DNA from: an uncultured delta proteobacterium
Lineage (GTDB): Bacteria > Myxococcota_A > Polyangia > Polyangiales > Polyangiaceae
NCBI GenBank assembly: GCA_963716725.1
Contig: CAVQUB010000013.1
Coordinates: forward strand, 256,001-320,000
Reading direction: 5' to 3'
DNA length: 64,000 nt
This document shows, one piece after another, positions 1 to 8,986 of this stretch. The translations under genes were made by a program, and so were the position numbers. The notes under the pieces were generated by a model. It saw nothing but the letters and a program-made list of their open reading frames with translations. It did no database searches and was not told the origin of the DNA. Positions within the stretch are counted from its first letter, which is position 1; each line of letters begins with the position of its first letter.

Positions 1-366
1 AAGAAGGCCTACCCAAACATCGACCCCGGCGAGTTGATGAAGCTCGCTGCGAGCTACGACTTCAACGGCGAGGGCAAGACCCAACGTGCCGGCAAGCTTC
101 GCGGAAGCATGGGGGTGCGCGTAAAGAAGGAGTTGCCCAACGGCGATCTCTTCATCGAAGGCACGAAGGTCGTGATGATCAACCTCGAGGAGTACCACCT
201 GTACGTCTCAGGGGTCGTGCGCCCGGCAGACATCGAAGGAGACAACTCCATAGACTCCTCGCTGATCGCCGACGCCCGCGTCGAATTCACCGGACGGGGC
301 GACATTGCCGACCAAGTCGAGCGCGGTTGGCTCACCAAAGCGCTGGACTTCCTGAGCCCGTTTTGA
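1..366 (+). CDS. flgH: Flagellar L-ring protein, 5' truncated by window edge
   Basis: LPNGDLFIEGTK, VSGVVRPADI, NSIDSSLIADARVEF and GWL..LDFLSPF are typical of the FlgH C-terminal half; lies directly upstream of flgI. Confidence 0.92.
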   Translation, partial: KKAYPNIDPGELMKLAASYDFNGEGKTQRAGKLRGSMGVRVKKELPNGDLFIEGTKVVMINLEEYHLYVSGVVRPADIEGDNSIDSSLIADARVEFTGRGDIADQVERGWLTKALDFLSPF

Positions 367-368
367 TC

Positions 369-1463
369 ATGAACAAGCTCTTCGCCCTCACTGCCTCGGT
401 CTTGCTGTCGCTCACGCTCTCGCCGCGGGACGCGGCTGCCGGAAAGGTGCGCGACATCTGCGACGTGGTCGGCGCCCGGGACAATCAGCTCCTCGGCTAC
501 GGGGTGGTCACGGGTCTGAATGGCACCGGAGACGACGTTTCTGCCCCCTTTGCCGCTCAATCGCTGCGAGCCTTGCTCCGGCGCCTCGGCGTCCAAATCG
601 ACCAACGACAAGTCCGGCTACGCAACGTGGCGGCGGTGCTCGTCACCACCAACATCCCGGCTTTCGTGCGCCAAGGCAGCAAACTCGACGTCACCGTGAC
701 GTCCATCGGAAACGCCCGCTCGCTTCGCGGAGGAGTGCTGATCCAAACCCCACTGCGGGGTGCGGACCGCAGGACGTACGCGGTGGGCCAAGGCGCGCTG
801 ATCGTGGGCGGCTTCTCGGCCAGCGCCGGCGGCAGCTCAGTCACTGAAAACTCCACGAACACCGCGCGGGTCCCGGGCGGTGCGCTCGTCGAGCGAGAAA
901 TTCGCAGCGAGATCGCGAGCAAGGGCAAGATCACGCTTTCGCTCCGCACTCCCGACTTCATCACTGCCGACCGCGTCAGCCAAGCCATCAACAAGGCCCT
1001 CGGGGCCGGCTCCGCCAAGGCCATCGACGCGGGAGCCATCGAGGTGAAGGCCTCGGGCTCCACCGTCGCGCTGCTGGCGAAGGTGTCCGACCTCGAAGTC
1101 GAGCTGCCGAGCTCCGCCAAGATCGTGATCAACGAACGCACCGGCACCATCGTCGCGGGCGGCGACGTCCAGCTGTCGCCGGTTGCCATCGCGCAAGGAG
1201 GGATCACGATCAGCGTGACTGAGACTCCGCTGGTCTCGCAGCCGGGAGCCTTCACGCAGGGCACGACCCAAACGGCCAAGGAGACGGACGTCCAGGCCGT
1301 GGAGCAGCGGCCACCGACGCTCTCGTATGTCAAAGGCGCAACCACCCTGGCGGACGTGGCGCGATCGCTCTCGGTGTTGGGAGTAGCCCCGAGAGAGCTC
1401 GCGAGCTTGCTCCAGGCGCTCAAGGCGGCCGGAGCCTTGCATGCGGAGATCGTCGTCCAATGA
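369..1463 (+). CDS. flgI: Flagellar P-ring protein
   Basis: Signal peptide, then RDNQLLGYGVVTGLNGTGD, SIGNARSLRGGVL, KIVINERTGTIV, LQALKAAGALHAE; ATG at 369. Confidence 0.96.
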   Translation: MNKLFALTASVLLSLTLSPRDAAAGKVRDICDVVGARDNQLLGYGVVTGLNGTGDDVSAPFAAQSLRALLRRLGVQIDQRQVRLRNVAAVLVTTNIPAFVRQGSKLDVTVTSIGNARSLRGGVLIQTPLRGADRRTYAVGQGALIVGGFSASAGGSSVTENSTNTARVPGGALVEREIRSEIASKGKITLSLRTPDFITADRVSQAINKALGAGSAKAIDAGAIEVKASGSTVALLAKVSDLEVELPSSAKIVINERTGTIVAGGDVQLSPVAIAQGGITISVTETPLVSQPGAFTQGTTQTAKETDVQAVEQRPPTLSYVKGATTLADVARSLSVLGVAPRELASLLQALKAAGALHAEIVVQ

Positions 1464-1753
1464 TCGCCCGCGTTCCAGAGCCAGGCGCGGCAGCTCCCTC
1501 CGCGCCTGATCCGCAGCAGCACCGCCTGCGAGAGGCCGCCCACCAGTTCGAAGCCATGCTGCTCACTCGGGTGCTGCAGAGCCTCGAGCGCACCACCCAG
1601 ATGGGGCAGAAGCCCGCGCAGGGTGGCAGCAGTCAGTACGGGCGCATGCTCGTCGAGGCCATTTCGGACGCTATCGCGCGGGCGGACGGCATCGGACTCG
1701 CCCGCGAGGTCGAACGCGGCGTGACCGCCCAGGCAGGAGTCCCCCGACGATGA
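1460..1753 (+). CDS. flgJ: FlgJ-type rod-binding domain protein without muramidase domain
   Basis: LREAAHQFEAMLL...GIGLA pattern; ATGA overlap with flgI. Confidence 0.8.
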   Translation: MIARVPEPGAAAPSAPDPQQHRLREAAHQFEAMLLTRVLQSLERTTQMGQKPAQGGSSQYGRMLVEAISDAIARADGIGLAREVERGVTAQAGVPRR

Positions 1754-1790
1754 CTCCAATCCTAGTCTTTTCCAGCAGTTACACAGCAGC

Positions 1791-1819
1791 CCTCAAGCTC
1801 CCCCGGAGTCGGCCGTTCA
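1791..1819 (+). promoter_or_regulatory. Putative sigma28 (FliA)-type promoter of flgM, CCTCAAG-N15-CCGTTCA
   Basis: Same boxes and spacing recur upstream of fliC2 (7978-8006); resembles TCAAG-N14-GCCGATAA. Confidence 0.7.
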
Positions 1820-1850
1820 CCTCTACGATGCAACCGTATCGGAGGAGGCC

Positions 1851-2138
1851 ATGAAGTCTGTAACTGGAAACCCAGCGCTCGACGCCTACCAGCGGATGGC
1901 GATTTCGGGGGTGAGCCCCGCGCGCCCGGCCGCCCAAGGCGATCCGTCGCCTGCGGAGACCTCCGGCGCCAAAGAGGCCGCTCACGTCGAGATCTCGGAG
2001 GCCGCCCGCGAGCTGGCGCGCGCCGGGGAGGCCGTCGATCAGCGGAAGGTCGACGACTTGAAGAGCCGGATCGCGGCCGGCGCTTTCGATGTCGATAGCG
2101 CAGCGGTGGCACGGCGCATGCTGGACACGCTGGGTTGA
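1851..2138 (+). CDS. flgM: Anti-sigma28 factor FlgM
   Basis: VEISEAAREL...KVDDLKSRIAAGAFDVDSAAVARRML; GGAGG RBS; position before flgN-flgK. Confidence 0.88.
   Translation: MKSVTGNPALDAYQRMAISGVSPARPAAQGDPSPAETSGAKEAAHVEISEAARELARAGEAVDQRKVDDLKSRIAAGAFDVDSAAVARRMLDTLG
2107..2122 (+). promoter_or_regulatory. Putative sigma54 -24/-12 promoter (TGGCACGGCGCATGCT) inside the flgM 3' end, upstream of flgN-flgK-flgL
   Basis: GG-N10-GC spacing with TGGCACG; lies in coding sequence, so could be coincidental. Confidence 0.5.
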
Positions 2139-2160
2139 GGCGCGCCTTGGCGCGCGCCAG

Positions 2161-2535
2161 ATGGAGCATGCCATGCCGTCTGAAGAGCCAAGTCAACCGA
2201 TCAACGTCGACACCATTCTTCATCAGCTCGACGTAGCGCTATCCGAAGAGCGCCGCGCACTCCGCGCGCTCGATAGAGACGGAGTCGAGCAGGCCGCTGG
2301 GCGAAAGCTCGAGCTTGCCGAACTCCTGAGCCGAGCGATGGCGGATGCCCCCGTCGACCCCAGCAAGCTGCAGCGCCTGCGGTCGAACATCGTCCACAAC
2401 CAGTTGCTGCTGGTACACGCCCGGGACTCGGTCCGGGGCATCCTGAGGGTAATGACCGGCGCACCCGGACCGAGCTACGGTCCCGGCGGCGCCCGCCACA
2501 TCGGATCGAGCGCCGGGCTCGACACGACGGGTTAG
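2161..2535 (+). CDS. flgN: FlgN-like export chaperone for FlgK/FlgL
   Basis: Helical protein with L..E..AL...D and HNQLLL pattern between flgM and flgK; start could be 2173. Confidence 0.7.
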   Translation: MEHAMPSEEPSQPINVDTILHQLDVALSEERRALRALDRDGVEQAAGRKLELAELLSRAMADAPVDPSKLQRLRSNIVHNQLLLVHARDSVRGILRVMTGAPGPSYGPGGARHIGSSAGLDTTG

Positions 2536-2537
2536 TC

Positions 2538-3917
2538 ATGCCCGCGCTGACGCAACTGCTGCTCACGGCTCGCGACGCGCTCAGCGCACAATCGTTTGCA
2601 CTGGGCGTCACCGGGCAGAACATCACGGGCTCGACGACGCCAGGCTACGCGCGCCGAGACGCCCTGCTCTCGGCTCGAGAGCAGGGCGGCGTCGTGGCCA
2701 CTGGCGTCCGCCGCGTCGCCGACCAGTACGTGGACCGGCGCTGGCTCTCGGCATCGAGCACGAGCGCCAGAGCCTCGGAACGCGAAGGCCTCCTCAGCCG
2801 TGTCGAGGCGCTCTTCGACGACACGGGCGGCTCGGGCATCGGAACCCAGCTGGACCGGCTGTTTTCTGGCTTCTCCCAGCTGGCCTCGACGCCCTCGGAC
2901 CCAACCGCTCGGCAAGCGCTGCTCGATCGCGCTGACGCCCTGGCGGGACGAATCCGCGACAATGCCGACTCCATCGCGACTCAACGTGAAGAGGCGCTGG
3001 CTCAGGCGCGGAGCGTCGTCGGGGAAATCAACGGCACGGCATCCAAGCTCGCGGAGCTCAACCGACAAATCTCCATGACCGAAGCCCAAGGCGGAGATGC
3101 GAGCAGCCTCCGCGATCAGCGGGACAGTCTCTTGCTCGGGCTCTCATCGCAGGTAGATCTGCACACCTTCGTCGATGGCCAGGGCGCGCTCGTGGTCCGC
3201 GCGGCAGGCGCTACCTTGGTAGAAGGCAACGTCGCTCAGCGTTTCGACATCGATCTCGCCGGCGACGGCAGCATGCGCCTGCTGCTCGCGAGCAGCGGTC
3301 CTCCCTCCATGGAAATCACGGCGTCTCTCAGCGGAGGCGCGCTGGCAGCCATCAAAGAGGTTCGCGACTCCGATCTCGGGAGCATGGCCGCCGGGCTCGA
3401 TCAACTCGCCTGGGATCTGGCATCCGCGGTCAACACTCAACACGCAGTCGGTTTCGGCCTCGACGGGATCGGCGGTCGCGCGCTGTTCTCGATTTCAGCA
3501 TCGCCTGCTGGAGCGGCCCGTGCCATCGCGCTGGACTCCCAGATGGTCGGACATCCCGAGCGCCTCGCGGCGAGCGGCCAGGTGACCGCGCTGCCTGGAG
3601 GCTCGGACAACGCGGTGGCCCTCTCCGGGCTCTCGTCCCAGCAGCTGTTCTCGGGAAATACGCGCTCTGCGACCCAGGCCTGGAGTGATCTGGTCGGCGA
3701 CGCGGGCAGCCGCCTCGCACAGGCGAGCGCGGAGACGGAGATCCGGCAAAGCATTCGAGCCCAGGCCGACTCGCTTCGAGAGAGCCTCAGCGGCGTGTCG
3801 CTCGACGAAGAGATGGTTTCGCTCACCAGGTATCAGCATGCCTACGACGCAGCCGCCAAGGTGCTTGCAGTCGTCGATGAACTGCTCCGCGAACTCCTGG
3901 ACAAGGTCGGGCGATGA
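2538..3917 (+). CDS. flgK: Flagellar hook-associated protein 1
   Basis: VTGQNI...TPGYARR N-terminus; SGVSLDEEMVSLTRYQHAYDAAAKV C-terminus. Confidence 0.95.
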   Translation: MPALTQLLLTARDALSAQSFALGVTGQNITGSTTPGYARRDALLSAREQGGVVATGVRRVADQYVDRRWLSASSTSARASEREGLLSRVEALFDDTGGSGIGTQLDRLFSGFSQLASTPSDPTARQALLDRADALAGRIRDNADSIATQREEALAQARSVVGEINGTASKLAELNRQISMTEAQGGDASSLRDQRDSLLLGLSSQVDLHTFVDGQGALVVRAAGATLVEGNVAQRFDIDLAGDGSMRLLLASSGPPSMEITASLSGGALAAIKEVRDSDLGSMAAGLDQLAWDLASAVNTQHAVGFGLDGIGGRALFSISASPAGAARAIALDSQMVGHPERLAASGQVTALPGGSDNAVALSGLSSQQLFSGNTRSATQAWSDLVGDAGSRLAQASAETEIRQSIRAQADSLRESLSGVSLDEEMVSLTRYQHAYDAAAKVLAVVDELLRELLDKVGR

Positions 3918-4794
3918 GAGTCAGCGACGCAGCCCGCTACAAGACCGTGAACGAAGCTCTCCAGCGGATTGCGTCCGATCACGCGAAGGCCTCGCGAGAA
4001 GCGTCGACCGGTCAGCGGGTGAACCGCCCCTCGGACGACCCGCAGGCCGCCGCCGAGCTGGTGCGGCTGCGACACGCCGGGAGCAAGATCGACGCGCACA
4101 TCGAGACGTTGCGCTACGCGACTGGGGATCTCGAGCAGTCGGAGGCGGCCCTCGCCGCGGCGCAGCGACCTCTTCGTCCGTGCAAGAGAGCTGGCGATGC
4201 AAGGAGGCAACGGCGCCCTCGACGCCAGCGGACGCAGCTTGCTCGCCGAGCAGGTCAGGGCCCTCGAGCAAGAGTTGGTCGGCATCGCCAATCAGCAGGG
4301 CGCACGCGGGCATCTCTTCGCCGGCAGCAAGACCGACGCCGTTCCATTCGCGGCCAACGGTGCCTTCAGCGGAGATGGCGTGGACCACGTCGTGGACGTC
4401 GGCGCGGGCGCGACCAGCGCCAGCGCAAGCGGCGCGTTGGCCTTCACGGCCAGCGGTGGACGCGACGTGTTCGCAGAATCTCGCGCAGCTCCGCACGGCG
4501 CTGGCGGCCGATGACTCCGCGGGCATCAGCGCGTCGCTGGACGGCTTGGAGGCCTCTCGAAAGCAGATCGAGCAGGAACGCGGCAAGGCCGGGCTGTCCC
4601 TCGAGAAGCTCAGGGCCGCCGACCAAGTCCTCGAGCAGGGTCGGGTCGACGTCGCCCGGTCCTCCGAGCGGGTGGGCGCCGCCGACGCTTTCGAAGCCTT
4701 CTCGAAGTTGACCTCGCTCTCGGGCGCCTTCGAGCGAGCCATCGCCGTGTCGAAACAGATGCTCGATCTGGGCTCGCGCTGGCGCGGATTCTGA
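3914..4794 (+). CDS. flgL: Flagellar hook-associated protein 3, split by two +1 frameshifts (~4162, ~4478), probably sequencing errors
   Basis: STGQRVNRPSDDP in frame 1, RARELAMQGGNG...IANQQ..GHLFAG in frame 2, flagellin-like C-terminus in frame 3. Confidence 0.88.
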
Positions 4795-4806
4795 TCCGGC
4801 ATTCAG

Positions 4807-4822
4807 TGGCACGGCGACTGCA
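4807..4822 (+). promoter_or_regulatory. Putative sigma54 promoter (TGGCACGGCGACTGCA) of csrA
   Basis: Intergenic, GG-N10-GC, TGGCACG box. Confidence 0.65.
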
Positions 4823-4833
4823 CACGGGCAATC

Positions 4834-5058
4834 ATGCTCGTCGTCGCGCGTCGCAAGGGTCAACGCATCGTCTTGGGGGGCGAGATCGTGCTGGTGGTCA
4901 CCGAAGTCGCGCGAGGCACGGTCAAGCTCGGGATCTCTGCCCCGGCACGCTGCACCATCATCCGCGGTGAAGTCCACGACGCGATCGAAGCCGCCAACCG
5001 CCAAGCGCTGGCGAGCACCGTGGAATCCGCTGCCCGTGCCACGAAGTCCGAGCGCTGA
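4834..5058 (+). CDS. csrA: Carbon storage regulator CsrA, flagellar type with C-terminal extension
   Basis: MLVVARRKGQRIVLG...VKLGISAP...IIRGEV, then helical extension with Asn55. Confidence 0.92.
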   Translation: MLVVARRKGQRIVLGGEIVLVVTEVARGTVKLGISAPARCTIIRGEVHDAIEAANRQALASTVESAARATKSER

Positions 5059-5204
5059 GCTCGTCACGGCGGTGGCAGTTGCTGCGTCAGCCGACCGCCG
5101 CTGGGCGTGCCCCGCGACCCATCCGAGCGACGTCGTCGGTGAGGCTCCTGCGCGATGGCAGCTAGAGGGGCACTGGCACGCCGCGTGAATAGTGGACTGC
5201 GACC

Positions 5205-7142
5205 ATGGGCACCATGAACTGGCCCGATGCGGACCTCCGCGCGGACTTCCTCACTGACAACTTGAGCGCCCTCGGCGCCTCCGCGGTCACCATCGAAAGG
5301 GTGCGCGCGGCTCGCTCCGCCGAGATCGTCGAGATCGAAGCGGGGATCGAGGTGGTGCGGATCGGCGGCACGGTGCTCGGCGCTCCGGCGGACGACTGGG
5401 GACTGGATCGCACCTGCCGCGTCGGCGGGCGGGCTCCGATCGTGGTGTTCGGCCTCGGGACCGGCGACACCGTCCGCTCCGTGCGTAGAGCGTCCGACGC
5501 GCCCGTGGTGGTCTACGAGCCGGACCCAAGCGTCGCTCGCGCGGTGCTCGAGCATGGACCGACCGACCTCGGCGACGCCGATCTGGTGTGCTCCCTCGAC
5601 GAGCTCTCACAACTCTGGTCCGGCCTCGCGCAGGACGAGGTCGGTGCGACCTTCGTTCGAACTCCGGGGTACCCCGAGCGATTTCCGATCGAACACTCCG
5701 CGCTCGAGGCAAAGCTCTCCGAGCTCGTCGACCGCAGCGGCATCAACCGCAATACCCACCAGCAACGTGCCCGCGCCTGGGTCGAGCACCTGTTCGCAAA
5801 CGTCCGCTGCTTGCTCGACGCTTCGCCCTTTGTCGCGCTTCGTGGCCGACTCGAGGGTGTTCCCGCGTTCATCGTCGGAGCCGGCCCATCGTTGGCAAAA
5901 AACGCTGCCTTGCTGCGCGCCGCGACGGAGAAGGGCCTTGTCATCGCCACCAACTCGAGCGGCCGGGTGCTCGCGAAACACGAGGTCGAACCCCAGGTCT
6001 TCTGCTGCATCGAGTCGGTGGACGTCTCTCAGCTCATCGCCTCGCTGCCGTTCGTCGACCGCGCCATTCGCGCCTTCAGCCTGTCCGCGCACCCAAACAC
6101 GTTCCGCACCGGAAGAGGGCCGCTGTTCCCGGTGTGGGAGGCGATCCCGGAGCTCGCAGATCCGATGATGCGCCTGACCGGAGCGCCCGGGCTCGCGGTT
6201 TCGGGGAGCGTCTCGACGCTGGCCTTCTCCCTGGCCTACGCCCTCGGCTGCTCGCCCATCGTATTGGTGGGCCAAGACCTGGCGTACACCGGCCAGCGCA
6301 CCCACGCCGAGGGTAGCGCGTTTGATGCGTCGCGCGTCGAGATCGGCGCCGACGGTAGGCTTCGCATCCAGTGGTGCGCGACCTCGCGCGGCACCCGCGC
6401 GCCAGGTGATCCACCCCTGCACGCTGAAGAGCGCCTCGAGGAGGTGACGGCGTGGGGTGGGCAAGGAAGCGTGCCCTCGGGCCAGAGCTTCGCCGGCCCC
6501 CGCGCATGGCTGAGCGGGGCCGCCGAGCAGCTGCGGCAGCAGTCGTCGAAGACCGAACTCATCAACGCCACGGAGGGCGGCTCGCGCATCGAGGGCTTTA
6601 CGGAGCGCCGGCTGGCCGAGGTGATCGCCGAGCAACCGGATCGCGGCCTCAGCGTCGACGAACTGTGCCGCATGGCAAAGGACTCTGCTCGGGTGGTCGA
6701 CCGCCCCGAATTGTGCGCGTGGGCCGTGGACGAGCGGCAGCGGGTCACTCGGGTTCGAGAGCAGGCACGCCGAACACGCCGAGCCGCCCAGCGCGCGCGA
6801 AGCGCCATCGAGCGCGACCGCCCGCAGGAGGTGACACGGATGTTCGAGCGCCTCGAGGAGTCCGAGACTGCGCTCAGAGCTGCGGTGGAAGCCGCCCCGA
6901 TGGTGAACGCCTGGGCCTTCGCCGAGGTCGAGGCGGCGCTCCAATCGAACGCGCCGACAACAGCCGACGACGCCCGACAGGACGCCCTCTCGTCAGTAGG
7001 CCGAGAGGTCGCGCTGGCGCGAGCCATCGAGGACGCGGCGCGAGCCATCGAGGACAAGCTCAGCCAGATCATTCGAGAGCCCGGCGCGGCTCTTGTCGAG
7101 CCAACCCAGAGCCAAGGAGAACCCGACCCATGCCGATTGTGA
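5205..7142 (+). CDS. maf: Motility-associated factor (Maf) family flagellin glycosyltransferase (MptE-like domain)
   Basis: AFIVGAGPSLAKN, GSVSTLAFSLAYALGCSPIVLVGQDLAY, INATEGGSRIEG; directly upstream of the flagellins. Confidence 0.88.
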   Translation: MGTMNWPDADLRADFLTDNLSALGASAVTIERVRAARSAEIVEIEAGIEVVRIGGTVLGAPADDWGLDRTCRVGGRAPIVVFGLGTGDTVRSVRRASDAPVVVYEPDPSVARAVLEHGPTDLGDADLVCSLDELSQLWSGLAQDEVGATFVRTPGYPERFPIEHSALEAKLSELVDRSGINRNTHQQRARAWVEHLFANVRCLLDASPFVALRGRLEGVPAFIVGAGPSLAKNAALLRAATEKGLVIATNSSGRVLAKHEVEPQVFCCIESVDVSQLIASLPFVDRAIRAFSLSAHPNTFRTGRGPLFPVWEAIPELADPMMRLTGAPGLAVSGSVSTLAFSLAYALGCSPIVLVGQDLAYTGQRTHAEGSAFDASRVEIGADGRLRIQWCATSRGTRAPGDPPLHAEERLEEVTAWGGQGSVPSGQSFAGPRAWLSGAAEQLRQQSSKTELINATEGGSRIEGFTERRLAEVIAEQPDRGLSVDELCRMAKDSARVVDRPELCAWAVDERQRVTRVREQARRTRRAAQRARSAIERDRPQEVTRMFERLEESETALRAAVEAAPMVNAWAFAEVEAALQSNAPTTADDARQDALSSVGREVALARAIEDAARAIEDKLSQIIREPGAALVEPTQSQGEPDPCRL

Positions 7143-7966
7143 CTCAAACCAACGTCGCCTCGCTCGAGACGCAGAAGAACCTGTTTCGCTCCCAGGCAGC
7201 GCTTCAGAAGAGCTTTGCTCGGCTGTCGAGCGGTCACCGGATCAACAGCGCGGCGGACGACGCCGCCGGACTCGCCATCAGCGAGAGCATGCGAACCCAG
7301 ATTCGGTCCTATGTGGTCGCCGAGCGCAACGCCAGCGACGCCATCAGCATGACTCAGACCGCCGAGGGGGCACTGGGAGAGATGCACTCGATCCTCGGGC
7401 GCCTGCGCGAGCTCGCCATGCAGGGCTCCAACGGTTCGATGACGGCCACCGACCGCGGCTACCTGAGCACCGAGTTTTCCGCGCTGCAGGCGGAGATGAC
7501 CCGCATCCAGGCGTCTAGCAAGTTCAACGGCAAGTCGCTGCTCTCGGCGACCGCTTCGAGCCTGACCTTTCAGGTCGGCTTGAACAACACCGCGAGCGAC
7601 AAAGTCACCTTGACTTTCGGCGGACTGGGCCTGACGACGCTGCTTTCTGCTACCACCACGCTGTCTGGAGCGGGAACGACCGCTTCGCTGACGGCTCTGG
7701 GCCGCATCGACTCGGCGCTCGCGACGATTTCGACCAGCCGCGCGCGTTTTGGCGCCGCCATGAACCGTTTCGAGGTCGTGACCTCGTCGATCCAGACCAT
7801 GCGGCTGAACCTCTCCGCCGCCAACTCCCGCATCCGCGACGTCGACGTCGCCGAAGAAACGTCGGCCTTGGCCAGGAATCAGGTGCTCTCTCAGGCTGGC
7901 GTCGCCGTCCTCGCCCAGGCCAATCAGCTCCCCCAGCTGGCCCTGAGCCTGGTGGGCGGTGGCTGA
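7130..7966 (+). CDS. fliC: Flagellin 1 (278 aa, D0/D1 only)
   Basis: RLSSGHRINSAADDAAGLAISE; SRIRDVDVAEE...QVLSQAG..VLAQANQ; AAGGAG RBS inside the maf 3' end. Confidence 0.97.
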   Translation: MPIVTQTNVASLETQKNLFRSQAALQKSFARLSSGHRINSAADDAAGLAISESMRTQIRSYVVAERNASDAISMTQTAEGALGEMHSILGRLRELAMQGSNGSMTATDRGYLSTEFSALQAEMTRIQASSKFNGKSLLSATASSLTFQVGLNNTASDKVTLTFGGLGLTTLLSATTTLSGAGTTASLTALGRIDSALATISTSRARFGAAMNRFEVVTSSIQTMRLNLSAANSRIRDVDVAEETSALARNQVLSQAGVAVLAQANQLPQLALSLVGGG

Positions 7967-7977
7967 CAGCAAAAGCT

Positions 7978-8006
7978 CCTCAAGGCCGGGTGGGCCGGTC
8001 CGTTCA
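7978..8006 (+). promoter_or_regulatory. Putative sigma28-type promoter of flagellin 2, CCTCAAG-N15-CCGTTCA
   Basis: Identical boxes and spacing to the motif upstream of flgM. Confidence 0.72.
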
Positions 8007-8082
8007 GGCTCATTGAACGGGCAGCGACGCCCCCCGCGCCTCCTCCGGGAGTCGCGGCGACCTCCAAGAAGGAGCAATTCCC

Positions 8083-8913
8083 ATGGCCGTAAATATTCAG
8101 ACCAACGTAGCCTCACTCGAAGCTCAGAAGAACGTCTCTCGCAACCAGCGGGCCCTGCAGTCGAGCTTTGCCAAGCTCTCCAGCGGGTTTCGCGTCAACA
8201 ACGCCTCCGACGACGCCGCCGGCCTCGCCATCAGCGAGAGCATGAAGTCGCAGATTCGGTCCTACACGGTGGCCGAACGCAACGCAGGCGACGCTGTCAG
8301 CATGGCGCAGACGGCCGAAGGCGCCCTCGGCGAGGTCCACGAGATCCTCGGCCGCATGCGCGAACTGGCGATGCAGTCGTCCAACGGCGGCCTGACGTCG
8401 ACGGATCGCGGCTACATCAACACCGAGTTCGGCTCCCTCCAGGCGGAAGTCACTCGCATCCAGGGCTCGGCGAAGTTCAACGGCAACAAGCTGGTGAACG
8501 CGACCGCGAGCACGGTCACCTTCCAGGTCGGCCTCAACAACACCGCCTCGGACAAGATCTCGGTCACCTTCGGCGGAGTCGGCTTCACCACGCTGCTCGC
8601 CTCCACCACGGTGCTCTCCGGCGCCGGGGCCACTGCGTCACTCACGGCCCTCGGCCGCATCGACAGCGCCATCGCGACCACCTCGGGAGCGCGCTCGAAG
8701 TTCGGCTCCGCGATGAACCGTCTGCAGGTGGCGACCAACAACATCCAGACCATGCGACTCAACCTCAGCGGAGCGAACTCGCGCATCCGAGACGTCGACG
8801 TCGCCGACGAGACCTCGAAGATGTCCCGCAACCAGGTCCTGTCCCAAGCAGGCATCTCGGTCCTCGCTCAGGCGAACCAACTGCCGCAGCTGGCCTTCGG
8901 CCTCATCGGCTGA
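8083..8913 (+). CDS. fliC: Flagellin 2 (276 aa, D0/D1 only)
   Basis: KLSSGFRVNNASDDAAGLAISE; SRIRDVDVADE; AAGGAG RBS. Confidence 0.97.
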   Translation: MAVNIQTNVASLEAQKNVSRNQRALQSSFAKLSSGFRVNNASDDAAGLAISESMKSQIRSYTVAERNAGDAVSMAQTAEGALGEVHEILGRMRELAMQSSNGGLTSTDRGYINTEFGSLQAEVTRIQGSAKFNGNKLVNATASTVTFQVGLNNTASDKISVTFGGVGFTTLLASTTVLSGAGATASLTALGRIDSAIATTSGARSKFGSAMNRLQVATNNIQTMRLNLSGANSRIRDVDVADETSKMSRNQVLSQAGISVLAQANQLPQLAFGLIG

Positions 8914-8923
8914 CGGCTGAACG

Positions 8924-8976
8924 CGGGGCGCGCCGGCTCGGACCTCCGTCCAGGGTCTGCGCGCCCCGAGTCTTTT
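8924..8976 (+). terminator. Stem-loop with short U tract between fliC2 and fliD
   Basis: CGGGGCGCGC (8924-8933) pairs with GCGCGCCCCG (8959-8968), followed by AGTCTTTT and the fliD RBS. Confidence 0.55.
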
Positions 8977-8986
8977 AGGAGGCGAC

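Noticed and set aside
3914..4794. flgL as a true pseudogene indicating flagellar decay
   Set aside because: The same +1 insertion pattern hits essential secA, and the other flagellar genes and promoters are intact.
5174..5189. sigma54 promoter of maf (TGGCACGCCGCGTGAA) as a firm feature
   Set aside because: Perfect -24 box but GA instead of GC at -12; mentioned only as a weak candidate.
6236..8116. 626-aa antisense ORF over maf/fliC1, and many similar long shadow ORFs (e.g. 39008-40726, 60012-61574)
   Set aside because: Expected by-product of high GC3 codon bias opposite real genes; no protein motifs.
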